Source: Lingula anatina (Eukaryota; Animalia; Brachiopoda). Taken from it: a DNA stretch of 64,000 nt. Made by a program: the position numbers and the translations under genes. How positions within the stretch are numbered: position 1 is the first letter of the stretch; each line of letters begins with the position of its first letter. Positions 52,601 through 64,000 of this stretch are shown here, piece by piece. The notes beneath the pieces are model-generated. The model saw nothing but the letters and a program-made list of their open reading frames with translations. It was not told the origin of the DNA and did no database searches. The DNA is taken from the NCBI GenBank assembly GCA_051362555.1, contig CM120645.1:22382001-22446000 (forward strand), written 5' to 3'.

Positions 52601-54006
52601 ATGGTTTATAGGGAGAGTTTGAAAAGAAAAAGTGAAGCTGAGGAAGATGAATTAATACTGTTAGAAGGTTTTTAATATTGCTATTGCCAGTGTAAAAAAG
52701 GGGAGATGTTTTTTGTAAATTGATTCATATTTCCCTTTTAGGCCATGCCATTGAATGTGGGTGGTTTGTGCTTCAGTATGCCATTAAAAAGGAGGACAGA
52801 AAATTGCAGGAGACAGCCATCGAGAAGTTCATCATAAACCCCTTTAACACAGGCTGGGACGTGGAACACGAGGGCTTGTTCTACTTCCTGGACGTAGATG
52901 GACTCTCGCCCACCCAGCTTGAGTGGAACATGAAGCTGTGGTGGCCCCATAATGAGGCTATGATTGCGTTTCTTATGGCCTATGACCGAACCCAAGACCA
53001 GGCTTATCTTGAGAGATTTGCTCAAGTTTATGACTACAGCATGAAACATGTAAACTGTTTTTTATTTTTTTATTTTTTTTTTACATTAATAATCAGTGTG
53101 ATCAATAGAACAGTTTTCAGTTAAGCTTTTAAAATGCATTGTATAAAGAATAATTTATTCCTGTGTTTTTACATTGATGTCATTAGATATTCATACATGT
53201 AATTATGAAATTAAATGCTTGTTTTTCTAAAGTTTTCAGATGTGGAGAATGGAGAGTGGTATGGATACTTGAACCAAGAGGGCAAAGTTAACATGGACTT
53301 CAAGGGAGGCCCCTTTAAAGGTGTGTGATGTGGTGGAATATGTCACAGCTGTATGTGAACTTTAGACCCCATTCCCAGAGATTAGATCGATCCAAACTAG
53401 ATCAACCTAACTCCCTGGGGGTTCACGCTAAATAGCTGTTATCCAAGCGGGCACGAAAGTTAATTACCACCTCACAGCTTGTAGTAAGAGGACGGACATT
53501 TAAGCCGGATTTTCGGACAGTAATCTAATAAGACTCCCCACGGGGATAGATCGGTCTAAAAGCTCTGGGAATACGCCCTTAAACTCTCTGTACACTTCAG
53601 TCTACCAATTTGAAACCAAGTTCTCATGCCTGATAAAAAAAAAAAAAAGTTTCATAATATTTTCATGAATTGCAATCATAAATCATATGATTGGCAGTCA
53701 AATGGACTTTTTCAAACATTATTTTTCTTTAATTATTTGATATTTAGTTCATTTGATGGTTTCTTCCTGATGTTTTCCCTCCCTTATAAACTTCAGCCCT
53801 AGTGCGAGACTCAATTCCTTCTTATCTTAGTTTTAAAATGAAACAGGTGAATCAGAATGCTCATTTTGATATACCTTAATGTCATTAGTATTTATGGAGG
53901 TAATGATCTCATGGCGTGTTTACGTTTTCCAGGATGTTTTCATGTGCCAAGATGTCTGATGATGTGCGAGCAGATGTTAACAAAGATCCGCGCCACCCTG
54001 ACGTAA
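49695..54006 (+). CDS. RENBP: N-acylglucosamine 2-epimerase (renin-binding protein)
   Basis: Coding exons: 49695-49813 ([12 protein letters not shown]), 50606-50681 ([13 protein letters not shown]), 50907-50982, 51269-51438 ([10 protein letters not shown]), 51796-52020, 52445-52526 (LENVSPEG...NPG), 52742-53049 (HAIECGWF...[15 protein letters not shown]), 53233-53320 (GEWYGYL...KGGPFKG), 53933-54006 (CFHVPRCL...*). Confidence 0.96.
53365..53578. mobile_element. MITE family A copy in the last RENBP intron
   Basis: Reverse-orientation homologue of 34548-34762 with tta flanks. Confidence 0.85.
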
Positions 54007-54919
54007 GATTACATCCTGGAAATTTCAGACAAAATAGCTGCACTACTTCCAAGTGATTGAGGCATGTCACTGACACTGTTATTCATGAATAATTTCCAAT
54101 GTTTTCTTTGTAAGATGAAAAGAATCAAAGACAAGTTTATCAGGAAGTTACTTTCAAATTGTAATTCTGGTTTCAAGCATATTGCATATATTAATTTTAG
54201 GACTTCATTCAATGCAAAATCCTGTGATAATGTTTGAAAATAGATTACTGCAGTTGTTTAAGACCTAATTTATTAACTCAAATTGAAAATTTGATTATTT
54301 AAAATACACCTGGTGATCGACTTCGTGACTATTTTTCAAGTGCTTCTGAATGGAAGTCATTCTGACATTTTCATAAAATGTATTATCAAAGAACTTTTAT
54401 CATTATACATTTGATGCAATTCAAGGTTTTTTGGACAGTACATCATAAAAATAATTTACAACAAATAAAACTTAAACTTTCTACTTGTTTATTAATGTTC
54501 AAGTAATACAAAAATAGTCCTTAATAATATTGGCAATCTTTCATGTGACTGTTTGATATGAAATTTCTTTCAAAAGAAGTTTAAGTAACAAGGTAGTTTA
54601 ACTTTTGATGACATAAAAATGTTCCTTGTTAGTGAGTTAGAATTTTAACACCACTAAATTTTTTAAAAAATGATTATTTCTAAACAAAACATTCCATCCT
54701 GCTTCATTTGAAAAGTGTAAAATCTTTTCACAAAATGTATAAACTAGTGATAGAAATGAAAATACTATAACTTCAGTTTTCTTAAAGTAAACAATAGTCT
54801 GCTGCTGAACCAAAAACTGCATGGAATTAATAATGATAATCAATAATTATAATAATGATTACATTTATATAGATGTTCAATCTCATACAGCATCTATGTT
54901 AAACGTACATAGACACTTA

Positions 54920-55133
54920 GGGCGCATTCCCATAGATTTTAGATTGATCTATCCCCGTGGGGAGTCTCACTAGATTACTGTCAGATAATCCGGCTTAAAT
55001 GTCCGTCCCGCCTACTACAAGCTGTATGGAGGTAATTAACTTTCATGCCCGCTCAGCTGACAGCTATTTAGCGTGAACCCCCAGGGAGTTAGGTCGATCT
55101 AGTTGGATCAATCTAATCTCTGGGAATAGGGTC
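54920..55133. mobile_element. MITE family A copy between the RENBP and LEM-gene 3' ends
   Basis: Same orientation as 34548-34762, with tta flanks. Confidence 0.85.
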
Positions 55134-55332
55134 TTACACAGGTTTGAAGATCTCGTCATAAATCTTTACAGTGATAGTAGTCCCTGGCTGTCACATTTCA
55201 GTTCAATCATATAAGCTCTCTTATCTCAAGATTTTGTTGGCATCCAATCAGCTCTATTACCTCAACTCTGATGGAATCCTTGTGTACCTGTGTACCACAA
55301 ACTACTACCACTGCAAGGCATTGTGACTGTAA

Positions 55333-55544
55333 AGCCCCCTTTACACTGGACGGCGTCCCTTCTGCATCCAGCAGTTCAGCCCCATTTGAGAGTTAAAGAA
55401 TTATAATACTTTACCTGCCGACAACTGGCCGATCATTAAGCATTCATTCTGATACCAAATCAATGCTCATGCCTCCTTATTAAGACCACAGCGATGCCAA
55501 ATTTCATGGTCGCAGAAAGGACGCCGTCCAGTGTAAAGGGGGTA
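55333..55544. mobile_element. Harbinger-type MITE family B, TAA target duplication
   Basis: ~31-bp TIRs ccccctttacactggacggcgtcc.ttctgc / gcagaa.ggacgccgtccagtgtaaaggggg, with taa flanks. Confidence 0.82.
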
Positions 55545-55723
55545 TAAGATCTCAACCTATGCCCAATGGCACTAAAAACCATTCATTTGATCAGTAAGGC
55601 TTTGCTCATTAAGAACACACAGAGATGTCAAATGTTCCTGCAGTCTTTGAGAAAGCCCAATGCAAAGATATTATCTTTATGGCATTTACTTCACTTCAGT
55701 CTCCAACATCTTCATACAGATTC

Positions 55724-57178
55724 TTATGAACTCTTAATCTTGGGAACTTTAGATTTCCCAGCCGGCTCCATATTCTGCAGTACCAGGAAGACGAAAACAG
55801 CAATGACCACAAAGATAAGGACCTGCACCACCAGAGAGAGGCTGCGTTTCTTCTGTGTGGGAGCAGCACCAGAGGTGGCAGGAGGAGCCACATCAGCAGC
55901 TGGAGCTGGTGCTGACCTGAAATGGTGATAAAAAGATTTACAGACTATAACATGAACAATAATAATCTCTTCAGTGCAGGCATTCATTATTTTTTCCTAT
56001 CTAAAGAAAAATGTTGCAATTTCATATAATTGTTTTAAGGGGTTTGTGGGGGAGATGAAACACTCAGCTAGAAATGCTCACTATTCACCTTGCGGTTTTC
56101 ACAGCATGTGGTAATTCGATCAACTTTTAAAAGATTTAACCTGTGAGCAAGGGCTGTAAAACCTCACTTATGAACTCCATATCTTTATCATACCGCTGAC
56201 CAAGGCCTTGGCAAGAGTGCTGTTAACCCTTACTGTTTAACCACAGTACAACCCAATACTAACTGGTTAATGGAACTACTTCACTGATGGTGCATGTAGT
56301 GTTACAGAGACCATACCTGTAGCCTGTGTCCCTCACTCTCTTCCGTGGCGAGGGTGGCCGTGCTTTGGCCGGGGAGTCTGTGCTTTGTTTTGCCCTTCTA
56401 CGTACATCATCTGACCTCGTCCTGTAATTCCAATATCACTTTGTTAATGCACTCATCTCCTTGTTAAGCTGCTATAAAATATCTGCGAAAGTCAGATCAA
56501 ACTTTTTATATGAGTGTTCTTTCAAATATGTGAATATAATAGCAAAAATAAACACCAACAAATATCACAGAAATATGACTCCTACTAAGCATAAAAATCT
56601 CACCTTATTGGTTCTGGTTCTTCTTCAGTATCTTCCTCTACAAATATAATTAATGATGAAATAATTATGTGCCTACTGACAAGTAAACCATCCAAAGATG
56701 ATTCTGGAGAAAAGGGGCCCCTTAGAAACAGTCACTACAAAATCCGATTTTATATTTAGATCGAAAAAAAAAATTCCCGACTGAACAACTTTAAGAAAAT
56801 TTCTCCAGCTAGTCTCTTTAGATTAATGCTCCAATGTTTTTTGTATATTTGCTCTCAGGTTAATGTACAAAATATATACAACACACACGTCTGTCTAGTA
56901 CCTTGTGAGCTATCAGCACTGAATTGGTCCTCCCCGTTCCCTACTCTTTCCCCTGCAGGACCAAAGTCAAGCAGATTCTGTAGTTTTCTTTCATATACAG
57001 CTCTGGTGCTCTCTGGAATTGAAAGAGAATTGAAAGTTTATCTAGATTGTGAAACTTCTTACAAAATAGTCTGCTTACACTCAGTACTGCCCAAATTTGT
57101 CTCTTATGATTTAATACTTCATTCCTTTTCAATGGTTATATTAGCATATATTTCAAGCCAGTCAAATTTCTGTCTATC

Positions 57179-57215
<37 letters not shown>

Positions 57216-60200
57216 TTAACTATTTATCTCTAAACCTCTAGAGAGATCTGTCAACAAAAGAAGTACTTTCAGGAGCACTACTATTTTTATGCGAAAACTA
57301 CCACAGAACAACATCATTTCCACTTACACTATAGCTAATAAGTCCCCGGTCACTTTAATAGCACACGCTGTCTACATCAGACGCGCTAATGCGCACGTCC
57401 CCGACAGTGTTAATGATAGGGGGATTACGATGGACAGCGCATGTTGCTCACAGCAGTAGGCACTGCCGCCGAAGTTAAACCGGTAATTAAGTCTTTAACT
57501 TGACTAAACATGTTTTGCTTTGTAACTTGCGTCCTTCAGTCTTGCTGTTGCGGAAGGGCCGGCGGGACATATCTCCACCTTGCCGATATTTATCCCGATT
57601 CTCGACTTTAAAAGTATTATTGGTTTTGATTTTATCAAAGTCTTATTATATCAGAAAACCTGCATATTTTCATACGTTAAGAGAATTATAGAAACTGTAG
57701 AAAAAGCTACTCGTACATCAGGGATAAAAAACAACACCTTGCAGCACTATTACCTAGCTATTATTCATCACCAGAAGTTACTGTTTCACTTTTTTCTCCC
57801 AAATTACAAAGTCTGATGACAACTGAAAGCCTTTAGCCATACCTCAGGGCAGTGGGAGATAGTCTGGATTTGATTAAATGTAATAAAAGTATATTTTGAA
57901 GAATTTTCCTAGCCTTCGGCAATTTCCGCAAAGCTTCGACATGCGCGGCAATACAGAGCTGTCGATATCTCTATTTGTGAACAATAGAATTGGTGGAACA
58001 ACGGTTAACGTCGTTGAGTCGTTTGCAACCTACCCGACGGGAGTTCGTGTCCCTGTCGGTATTTTTGAAGATTTTGAAATTGTCATTATTATAAATATCT
58101 ATTAATATATAAAACAGTCGTGGCTAATTGTTTTTGCAACGGAAAGCACAGTAGGAAGGTTTGTTGTTATTGTTAAAGTTATTATTACTGGGGACATAAA
58201 TTAGTATGCTAATCTCTTATCATGGTATAATGATTGATACGATGGGTATCAAATAGTTTTCCTTTGATATAAACAACAAAAGAGCGGCCTTCCAAATATC
58301 TTTGCTGAATGTTTATAACGTAGGTACTATTATGCGCAAAAATATTGATACATGACGCAAACGACATTTACTAATTTTGGTAATATCAATTTCAATTAAA
58401 ATTAAATTTAATTGAAATTAAAATTAAAATTTGTCTAAACGTGCATATTACCATTCACTTTGTTTAAAGGGTTCGCAACACTTTACATTCTAATACATTT
58501 TGCCAATTTTCATGTTTGCTAGTTTATTTTGATTTGAGAGAAAGCGAGAGAAGACCCTCTACTAGGGCCGCAAATTAATTATGAGTATTTTTCTTCAGTG
58601 CAAGAGACTGTGTAATGAAAAATCAATCTGTAACTCTGGTATAGGGTGGCCTTGTGTGTGTAATAATATACAAGTAGGGGCAGGGGTACAGTTTTATAGT
58701 ACAAATAGTCATTTTATACATCTTATTGATCTCATCGTCGGGCCATTGTTTACAATAGCGCTTTGTCGCTGTGCGTACCTTTTTGCATTTGAGTTAGGCT
58801 CAGTCAGTAACAGCTGGTGATTTTGTTTTTTTGCGTTTCATTGACAATATTTTGGCCACCTAAGTAGGGAAATGTGGCTCTTTGTTTTGAAATAACATTT
58901 CCATTGTTCCTTTGAACATGCAAAAGTCAACACACTTACGTCAACATACTTACTTTGTAATACCAACCCAGGGGAAGAAACAAAAGCCTCATAAGGTGTC
59001 GTCATTCACACTGTAAAAGGTGTTAATTTCATGCTTCTATTGTTTGCCCATGAATCATTATGACAAATTTGTAGGGTTGCCAGATCACAGGCGCTTCATT
59101 CAATTCTCTATATCTGCCCTGCAGCCTGGGATGAGTGATACTTGACTGACCTTTGTTTACATCTGGAGATTTTCTTTATAATTCGATCAGCGTGCATAAA
59201 TTATGATATTTTCCATCAGGAAAAATACGTGATAATGTTACGATTCTTATTTTACGGATACATAATTACAAAAATTAATTCCTGATTTAATACCCCCTAT
59301 TTCAGCGCCTATTCCTGGCTGCGTTAATTATGGGGGGTTGGAAAGTAATCCGTTAGAACGCAGGAGTGATGATTGCTACTCTTACCAACGGTGCATCACC
59401 GATCAACTAATCTCAGCCACCTGAAGCAGAATCACCAACAAAAGACAAATTGGACTACATCTGCCTTCTTGTTGAGACATCTTATGTAAAAAAGGCGATA
59501 ACGGTCAAAACATACGTGCTTCGTGGTTTATTAAATGTTCATCGTATTTTTTCGCTCGTTATTCTTATGAGTTAAGCAGCTTCACCTCCGTGACACCCTT
59601 TTTATTTATTTAAACCATTGTTAGATAAACCACGGGTTTCACTCCAGATTTCACGATCGAGCAGCTGATCATGAGGAGAGTGTAGCATGCTATAGTAAAC
59701 TACCCCTAATATATATACAACACCTCCAGGGTTTCACGATCGAGCAAGTGATCATGAGGAGAGAGTGTAGCAGAGAACTTCATTAATGGTCGTCATAATT
59801 GGTGGTTGCCTTGGGAAAATGAGTTACATGATTACATAATACAGATACATAATAACATAAGATTAATACTAAAATTTTCCCTGATACAAAAACCCCTATT
59901 TGAGCGCTTATTCCTGACTGCGTTAATTACGGGTGATTAGAAAGTAATCTATGAGGACGCAGGAGCGATGATCGCTACTCTTACCAACGGTAAATCACCG
60001 CTACTTCGAGCAAAATCACACACCACCAAAAGACAAATTAGACCACGTTCGTCCTCTTATTAAAACAAAGAATGTAAAAATGTGATGTCGGTCAAAGAAG
60101 AGGCCTAGACTACGTGCTTCATGGTTTATTAGATAGGCCTTTTCATTGGATTTTTTTATTTCATTATTATAGCTTCACCTCGCAAGACCCTTTTTTTATA

Positions 60201-61723
60201 TATTTAAAACACAGCACCCACTGGTTTCGCGATCATGAAGAAAGGGAGTGTAGCAAAGAACCTCATTAATGGTCGTAATAATAGGTGGTTGCATTGTAGG
60301 CCTAACCTTGTTCATTTTAGTCGACAGACTAAGCTAGAAGAAAGAAAAGATCATTATCGCCTCTCTTTACTTAGGAACAATAAGGATGGCTAGTGGCAGC
60401 ATTTATAAGTTCTTTTATTTAGAAACTTTCCGATCCTTTGTCTGGGACTGCGTCCGAGAAACGGCGATAACGACAGAGACGTCCTCGAACATTTTGGACT
60501 CAGTGCAAAAAAAAAAAAAAAAAAAAAATCCGTTAAGAAGTAGCCTTTAAATGTCCTGGCAAATAATTTTGCGATGGCTCAGAGAGTTCTAGAATGAATG
60601 ACAAGCAACGACATTAGGGTTAATAATAGACTAAAAACTATCAGAATCTAGGCCTGTCTTACTTCATTTCTAAGGCCATCTTGTGATACGAGTCATGCTA
60701 CACTACAAAAGAGGGGGTAGCAGTGGATGATTTAATACAGGGATACCATCGATAGTATATCAATAGAAAATCACAATCCTCAAATGTTTTTAATTCATTA
60801 AATATAAACGGTCTTTTCTCGTACAGTGGGTCTGGTATAGTTGTATTGGCCTATCAGTTGGAAAGACGTGGTTCGTCTACAATTGCAAATGGCGGAGGTG
60901 CCGTGGTAGTTATTGTCGTAAAATTAGCTGGATACGGTGCACGTGAGAAAATTATTCATTAAATTTAGTTTTCGAGCGTCAGCTTAATCTGGTAAAATGC
61001 GAGACGAAAAAAATGATAGATAGAGCCTTATAACCCACTGTAGAATGATGCCGAATAATACATCAACGACGTAGTTTATCGGCAGATAAACGTGTTTCCA
61101 TTCTCGGCTGACTGAGGAAAGGTTTGAGAGAGCATTTAAAGAAGAGGCGGTCGAACCAATAGTGAGTAGGAAGTGTGCTGCAATCAAGACGAACAATACC
61201 GATCATAAGTGGACAGCTAATAACCCCTAATTAACCCCGGGTTACGCGCTGCTGTGTTCACTCCTTGCTGGGAAGGGGTAGCGGCCTCCTACTGCTGTGC
61301 GTAAACAAACATTGTCTTCTAACATGCGGCTACACGACGGTTGCATTGTATTAATAAAGTAATACCTATTCATAAGGAAGGGGGCGGATGGTAATCTTAC
61401 GAGAATTAAATCAGTTATCGATCATACGCGTACCAATAGTCGTGTTTTTTTTTAGCTATACGGTACTTTGTTATGCAATAAAAATCCTTGGCTTTTTAGA
61501 ACTAATTCTTAAACTATATACTTCTGTCATTTTAAAAGTCTCCAACCTTACCAACAATTGGCCCTGGTGAGTACCCAAGCTCTTTCAACTTCTCCATAAG
61601 TTCCTCGTCTGAAAGGCTGCTGATGTCCATTTTCTCCGGGGTGGCTGGCTCTGGTTCCTTGGCCTTCTTTCTGGGAGTGCCTCTGCTTTTGCGTGGACTG
61701 TCCAAGTTTTTCCTGGGAGATTT
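55724..61723 (-). CDS. TMPO: LEM-domain inner nuclear membrane protein, LAP2beta/thymopoietin-like (emerin-related); 5' exon not found in the window
   Basis: Exons: 61552-61723 (DISSLSDEELMEKLKELGYSPGPIV), 56902-57012 (STRAVYERKLQNL), 56604-56637, 56317-56421, 55724-55916 (VVQVLIFVVIAVFVFLVLQNME transmembrane tail). The LEM domain is split at GPIV, as in LAP2/emerin. Orthology to TMPO versus EMD is not resolved. Confidence 0.8.
59255..60300. repeat. Diverged ~590-bp tandem duplication inside the LEM-gene intron
   Basis: Blocks such as cccctattt.agcgc.tattcctg.ctgcgttaatta and gctactcttaccaacggt recur at ~59295/59893 and ~59375/59974. ttcattaatggtcgt recurs at ~59779/60262. Confidence 0.75.
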
Positions 61724-63067
61724 CTGGAAATTCAAAATATAAATAAAATTATATTATTTCAAAATGACCATCAATGTGAAAAATACAGGTACATTTTACC
61801 AACGGGAGTATGTTAGATTTCACCCTCTCCCCCTCCCACACACACGAGGGAGAGTCTCCATATATTTTCAAGAATGTCTTTTTCTACAATATGTCCTAAA
61901 TAACAAATAGAAGTATCACTTCTGTAGTGACACTCAAATAACATCTGTAAATCTACTCCAGCAATTCAAGTTTTCAAGTTAAAAAAAAAATCCGACTTCC
62001 ATTTTTTTCTTCAGAACAGTTCAGAAAGTATCAGTATAAATGCATGTACTATCAGATCTCAAGTGGATGACAAAGTGTTCTTAAAGCTTCAGCATTGTAC
62101 CAAAACGGAAGACAAATCCTATTTTAACCTCACTTGAGTAATTTAGTACTTAGAACTTGGAAGTGCAGTGGTGCTTAGCCCACGACATCTAACAAAGTCT
62201 GACTCACGTCAGCACAAGTGAAAGCAACAAGATAAACCTTTTCATAAGTACAGTACAGTCCACTATCAACACAAACTGACCTGTCCAGTCCCTGTCGACC
62301 CGCCAAATCTTGAAATTCTTGGTCTTGTTTGTTTAACACCTATTTATTTGTGCAGTAAACGCTGCCCAAGCATTACTCACAATGCTGCATTCATTACCTG
62401 AAATTGTCTACCCCCAACCAGCCAATGAGAGGCCCTGTTACAAATCGGGGTAATTTTAACCAATCAAATTTTGTGGCAGCATTTGGTGCATTTTTATAAA
62501 CTTCCTACAAAAACATTCACACGTGCTCTCTCATGTCTTGGGGTTGAACTTTTATTTGGCGGTTTTCAATTTGGACTAGGCAGTGTGCAAATGAAGTAGG
62601 CTTCTTCTACTATTTCTAAATGTAAACAGAGATACTTTTTGAAATAAAAATCTGACATAAGAGTAATGACTATAAATAAATGTTTTGAAATGAATGAATG
62701 TTTAATAATCCTTAATAAATTTCAGCGTCTATAGTTGTAGAAAATATGAGGTAAGGTATAGTAAAAAAAAATTAGGAGTAATAGTTATCCTGCACAATTT
62801 CTACAAATAATACTTACATGGAAACTACAAAATGTCAGAAAATTAACAGACAACATTCTTGTAACAGGAGACAGATTAAATAAATAAATAAATAAATAAA
62901 TAGCATAATCCATAAACCATAATTGTCAGAGGTCCTAAATTATGGACAGCCCTACATTTTAAACAAGTACCCTGCTTTCCCAATAAAACATTTTGAGCAT
63001 CCACTGTAAATGGTAACTAATACTGCAAGTTGGGTCATTACCCTCCGCCTAGAACCACGGAGACAAA

Positions 63068-63293
63068 GGGTGCTTTCCCAGAGATTTAGATCGATCTAAA
63101 GATTAAGTTTTAGATCGACCTAACTACCTGGGGGTTCACGCTAAATTGCAGTCAGCCGAGCGGGCACCATAGTTAATTACCCCCTTACAGCTTTTAGTAG
63201 GCAGGACAGACGCTTAAGCCGGCCAAGCTGACAGTAATCTAGTGAGACTCCCCACAGGGATAGACCGATCTAAAAATCTATGGAAATGGGGTG
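63068..63293. mobile_element. MITE family A copy
   Basis: Reverse-orientation homologue (gggggttcacgctaaat...cagtaatctagtgagactccccacaggga). Its flanks are aaa rather than tta. Confidence 0.8.
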
Positions 63294-64000
63294 AAAGTCA
63301 TGATCAACAGGGTGCACAATACCCATTCTACCTGTGGATGCAGTAGTCAATAAGCAACCCACCCCCTGGGTTTCTGTCAGAAGAAATATGATCACCTTAC
63401 ATAAATTGAGGTCATTTACAATACCCATATACAGTGACATACTGACAGGAGGATTATTTTCCTTAATCCTAAGTAACTAAATCCATTTATACATCTGAAA
63501 TTCAATAGTAGACATTTCATCCTGAACACACTTCAAATCTGTATTCAGATATTGTGCTCCATATAGTTTAAGCATAAATGGGTCTCCAGTAAGTACTGTG
63601 CCATGTTACCACACCAATGATCATTAGACCGTATCAATAGAAATGCCAGTGTAACCTGACAAGCTAGCAAGGCAGGCTAGGTAACAACGTCAGGTTGTTC
63701 ACCAGGATCAACTTACCTAACTTAGGATTAACTGAAGGAAATACATATAAATATAATTTTTTGTGTAAATTACAATGTAGAGATTACATACCTGAGCACA
63801 TGATGTCAGGTTATAGCCTTGTAAAAAATCCCTTGAACTAATTTGAATGATATTTTTAAATCTAAAGCAGTACATAGTTTATAATCAAAACCCTGGGATC
63901 TGACTACATAGGTCACATTCACAACAGATGATCAGCTGTTTATTGGTTTGTGGCAAAGAAATTGACAGGATGTAAAGTAACATAACAGACTTTTTCGTTG

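Noticed and set aside
32754-54006. Methyltransferase array plus RENBP sugar epimerase as a glycoside biosynthetic gene cluster
   Set aside because: RENBP is a conserved housekeeping gene tied to PXK by a shared promoter. No glycosyltransferase, P450 or other pathway gene is visible, so adjacency alone is not evidence.
59366-59424. Box C (GTGATGA) / box D (CTGA) pattern suggesting a snoRNA
   Set aside because: It is on the strand opposite the host gene, has no clear terminal stem, and the duplicate at ~59966 lacks the D box.
60984-61196. 70-aa hydrophobic ORF as a nested gene
   Set aside because: It starts at TTG, has no recognisable domain or supporting exons, and lies inside a probable decayed repeat.
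1-64000. tRNA, rRNA, autonomous transposase or reverse transcriptase genes
   Set aside because: No recognisable sequence or ORF for any of these was seen.

Overview
AT-rich, intron-containing animal genomic DNA. A marine invertebrate, possibly an echinoderm, is plausible, but the taxon cannot be proven from the sequence. Bases 1 to ~35.5 kb hold a head-to-tail, minus-strand tandem array of two-exon class I SAM-dependent methyltransferase genes resembling histamine N-methyltransferase (125-nt exon 1, 89-170-nt phase-2 intron, 904-nt exon 2, ~342 aa). There are 12 copies. Four are cleanly intact, one is kept open by compensating frameshifts, four carry a single lesion and three are broken. The array also holds orphan exon-1 copies and short relics of the most variable coding segment, and it is mosaic and rapidly diversifying. 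The right half holds three conserved genes: PXK (minus, 15 coding exons), RENBP (plus, 9 coding exons, head-to-head with PXK) and the 3' part of a LAP2/TMPO-like LEM-domain membrane protein gene (minus). Several MITE families, a solo LTR and microsatellites are present. All exon boundaries were read by eye from GT/AG sites and protein similarity; no database search was run.
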